From a candidate division FCPU426 bacterium (GTDB lineage Bacteria; Oederibacteriota; Muellerivitia; Muellerivitales; Muellerivitaceae): DNA of 64,000 bases. The translations under genes were made by a program, and so were the position numbers. Under the pieces are notes generated by a model. That model had not been told where the DNA came from. It did not search any database and worked only from the letters and a program-made list of their open reading frames with translations. Position 1 is the stretch's first letter. Every line of letters starts with the position of its first letter. The stretch spans positions 32,001 through 96,000 of the forward strand of contig CAVYSE010000018.1 in assembly GCA_963771075.1 (NCBI GenBank), read 5' to 3'. Shown piece by piece: positions 62,198 through 64,000 of this stretch.

Positions 62198-62560
62198 TTG
62201 GGACCCTCCATCACAGACCATTGGCTTGGTACATTCAAAGCTTGTTCCTCGACTTGATGTCTCGGAACAGAAGTATCAGGCCACCTTTTCAAAGAAGTCC
62301 GTGATGGATCGATGGGATAAGGGACTTCAAGCGTTGATCGGCTGACATTTGTTGGGCGAATTATTCCTCGCCAACCCCTTTGGAAAACTTTTTCCCTCCC
62401 GGATGCGTTTTTTTCTTGAAGGCCCGGCTTCCTCCGGTTTATTTTCACATCAATTGAAAGGGTACCCGATGACTTGTGGTCATCGGGCTAGGGGAGAACC
62501 CAAGACAGCACTTGGCGGATAACTGTTAGCTTTTCGCTAACGGCTACCAGCAAACCGCTA

Positions 62561-63535
62561 ATGGCTATATTTGGAGGTTCCCCCATGGAATCAGCACAAT
62601 CACCCGTTGGTCCTTCGGACCAAATGCCCTATCCCCTCAACCAAATCGTGATGGTTCCCATCGACGACCTGTGCGACCCGCCTTGGGACCCCCGGCCCGT
62701 CGTGGATGAGGGTCCCCTCCAGCTTCTCGTGGACTATATCGCTGGGGAAGGTTACACCCCTCCCATCCTGGCTTGGGTGGGGAATGGCCGAAAACCCTGG
62801 CCGGTGCTTTCCGGCAAACGCCGCCGATTGGCAAATCAGCGGTTGGGGAAAACCGAAATCGCGACGATCTTCTTGGATTGCTCCGAAGAACGGGCAAAAG
62901 ACCTCACTCAATCCACCAACGAGGACGATAAGCCCTACTGGCTGGGTTCTTGTATCCAAACCGAAACCAGGTTAGCGGAATTTGGTGAAAACTATGAGAT
63001 CCTTGGAAAACGGATTGGAAAGACAAAATTCTGGGTTTCGAGAGCGATTTCGTTAACGAAATTACTTAGCAATACTTCTCGGAAGATGATTTTCGACCAA
63101 TATTTAAACGCAGTTGCGAATCGCAACTCAGTTCCAAAAAAAGAAGAAAATCAGGAAACGATCAGCGTAAAAAAGGGAAGAAAGGCGCAAAAAGAGGAAA
63201 ATTTAGACGACAAACAATGGTTTTTGTTGGAATCGGTCGCTCTTGAATTATTGCCCCTTTTTAGGGGCCGGCCGGTGATAGAAGCCGTCCGGCTCGCCGA
63301 TCAGGTGGTACCTGTCGTTCTTTCCCAAGAATTGGACGCGAAGGGCGTCGCCAAATTGGTTGGTATGTTGAACAAGGGCCACGAGATATCCGACTTTATG
63401 GAACTCAACCTGAAGGGACCTGCGAAATCCCAATCCGGGGGCGCCACGGCAAAGGTTCATCATGCCGAGGGGGCTGATCCCGGTAATGGATCAGCACACC
63501 CAAAGAGTGACCCTCGGCTTGAGGCCTCGGGTCAG
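62561..63535 (+). pseudogene. Truncated duplicate of the ParB-like gene
   Basis: Near-identical to 51890-52864; cut by mini-element copy 2. Confidence 0.88.
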
Positions 63536-63539
63536 CAGC

Positions 63540-63974
63540 AACAATGGGGTCAAGTCTTCATTTTATAGTAACTATTCCAACCGCTTCTTCCTGCGCTAAT
63601 GTTGTAAAATGGGCCATCGCGTATCCATTGTTCACGAGGTGGGCTAAAAGCACAAACACCTGGATGTGCCCAAATACCAGAAACAGGCAATTAAATTGAA
63701 ACCGGAAGAGGTACTGGCGAAAGTAGCTAAAATCCATGGGGAAAAGTCGGGTGAGATATTGAAGGCTGGAAAAAGGGAGTCGGAAGCACGGGACGCGGCC
63801 ATTTATTTGATGAAACGGAAATCGGGGATGAGTTCAATGGAAATTGGGGAAAAGATGGGCGTGGGTGCCAGCGCGGTGGGGAATCGGATAGCGATGGTAA
63901 AGAAGCGGATGGAGGGAGAGACACGGTTCAAGGCTCGGATAGATAATATAAAATGAAGACTTGACCCCATTGTT
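63540..63974. mobile_element. 435-bp mini-element, copy 2 (HTH ORF at 63666-63956)
   Basis: Identical to 50549-50983, offset 12991. Confidence 0.92.
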
Positions 63975-64000
63975 CCCAGATTACCGTCACCGGTGCCATG

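Noticed and set aside
1..64000. tRNA, rRNA, reverse transcriptase, integron integrase or prophage genes
   Set aside because: None recognised by eye; a covariance-model scan would be needed to exclude small RNAs

Overview
Bacterial chromosomal window, GC-rich except for a visibly AT-richer core at about 32-48.5 kb. The lineage is unassigned but appears diderm (outer-membrane barrel-like proteins, Thr-rich exported proteins with FlgD-Ig-like tails). 1-23.8 kb holds housekeeping and exported-protein genes: dienelactone hydrolase, DedA, PilZ, an S53 protease, cobO, a cold-shock protein, a CBM-bearing glycoside hydrolase, an expansin-domain giant protein, queE/queC separated by a 4x67-bp REP-like array, and three barrel-LysM paralogues. 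24-50.5 kb is a Wzx/Wzy-type surface-polysaccharide locus (wza, wzc, two WecA-like genes, sugar-modification enzymes, GTs) with an intact IS4. 50.5-64 kb is a rearranged tail: two identical inverted-repeat-bounded mini-elements, an IS3 remnant, a 1182-aa membrane-anchored ParB-like protein plus a truncated duplicate, two toxin-antitoxin pairs, two broken GT4 genes, an AAA ATPase and an IS110. Three best leads: (1) the IS110 has a readable bridge/seek-type RNA whose target guides spell GGGGTCAGGCC; (2) the same GGGGTCA/TGACCCC motif bounds the mini-elements and a TA cassette and coincides with several gene breakpoints; (3) the ParB-like gene carries 66-bp in-frame repeats whose two hairpins show compensatory base changes. 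All calls are by eye; no searches were run.
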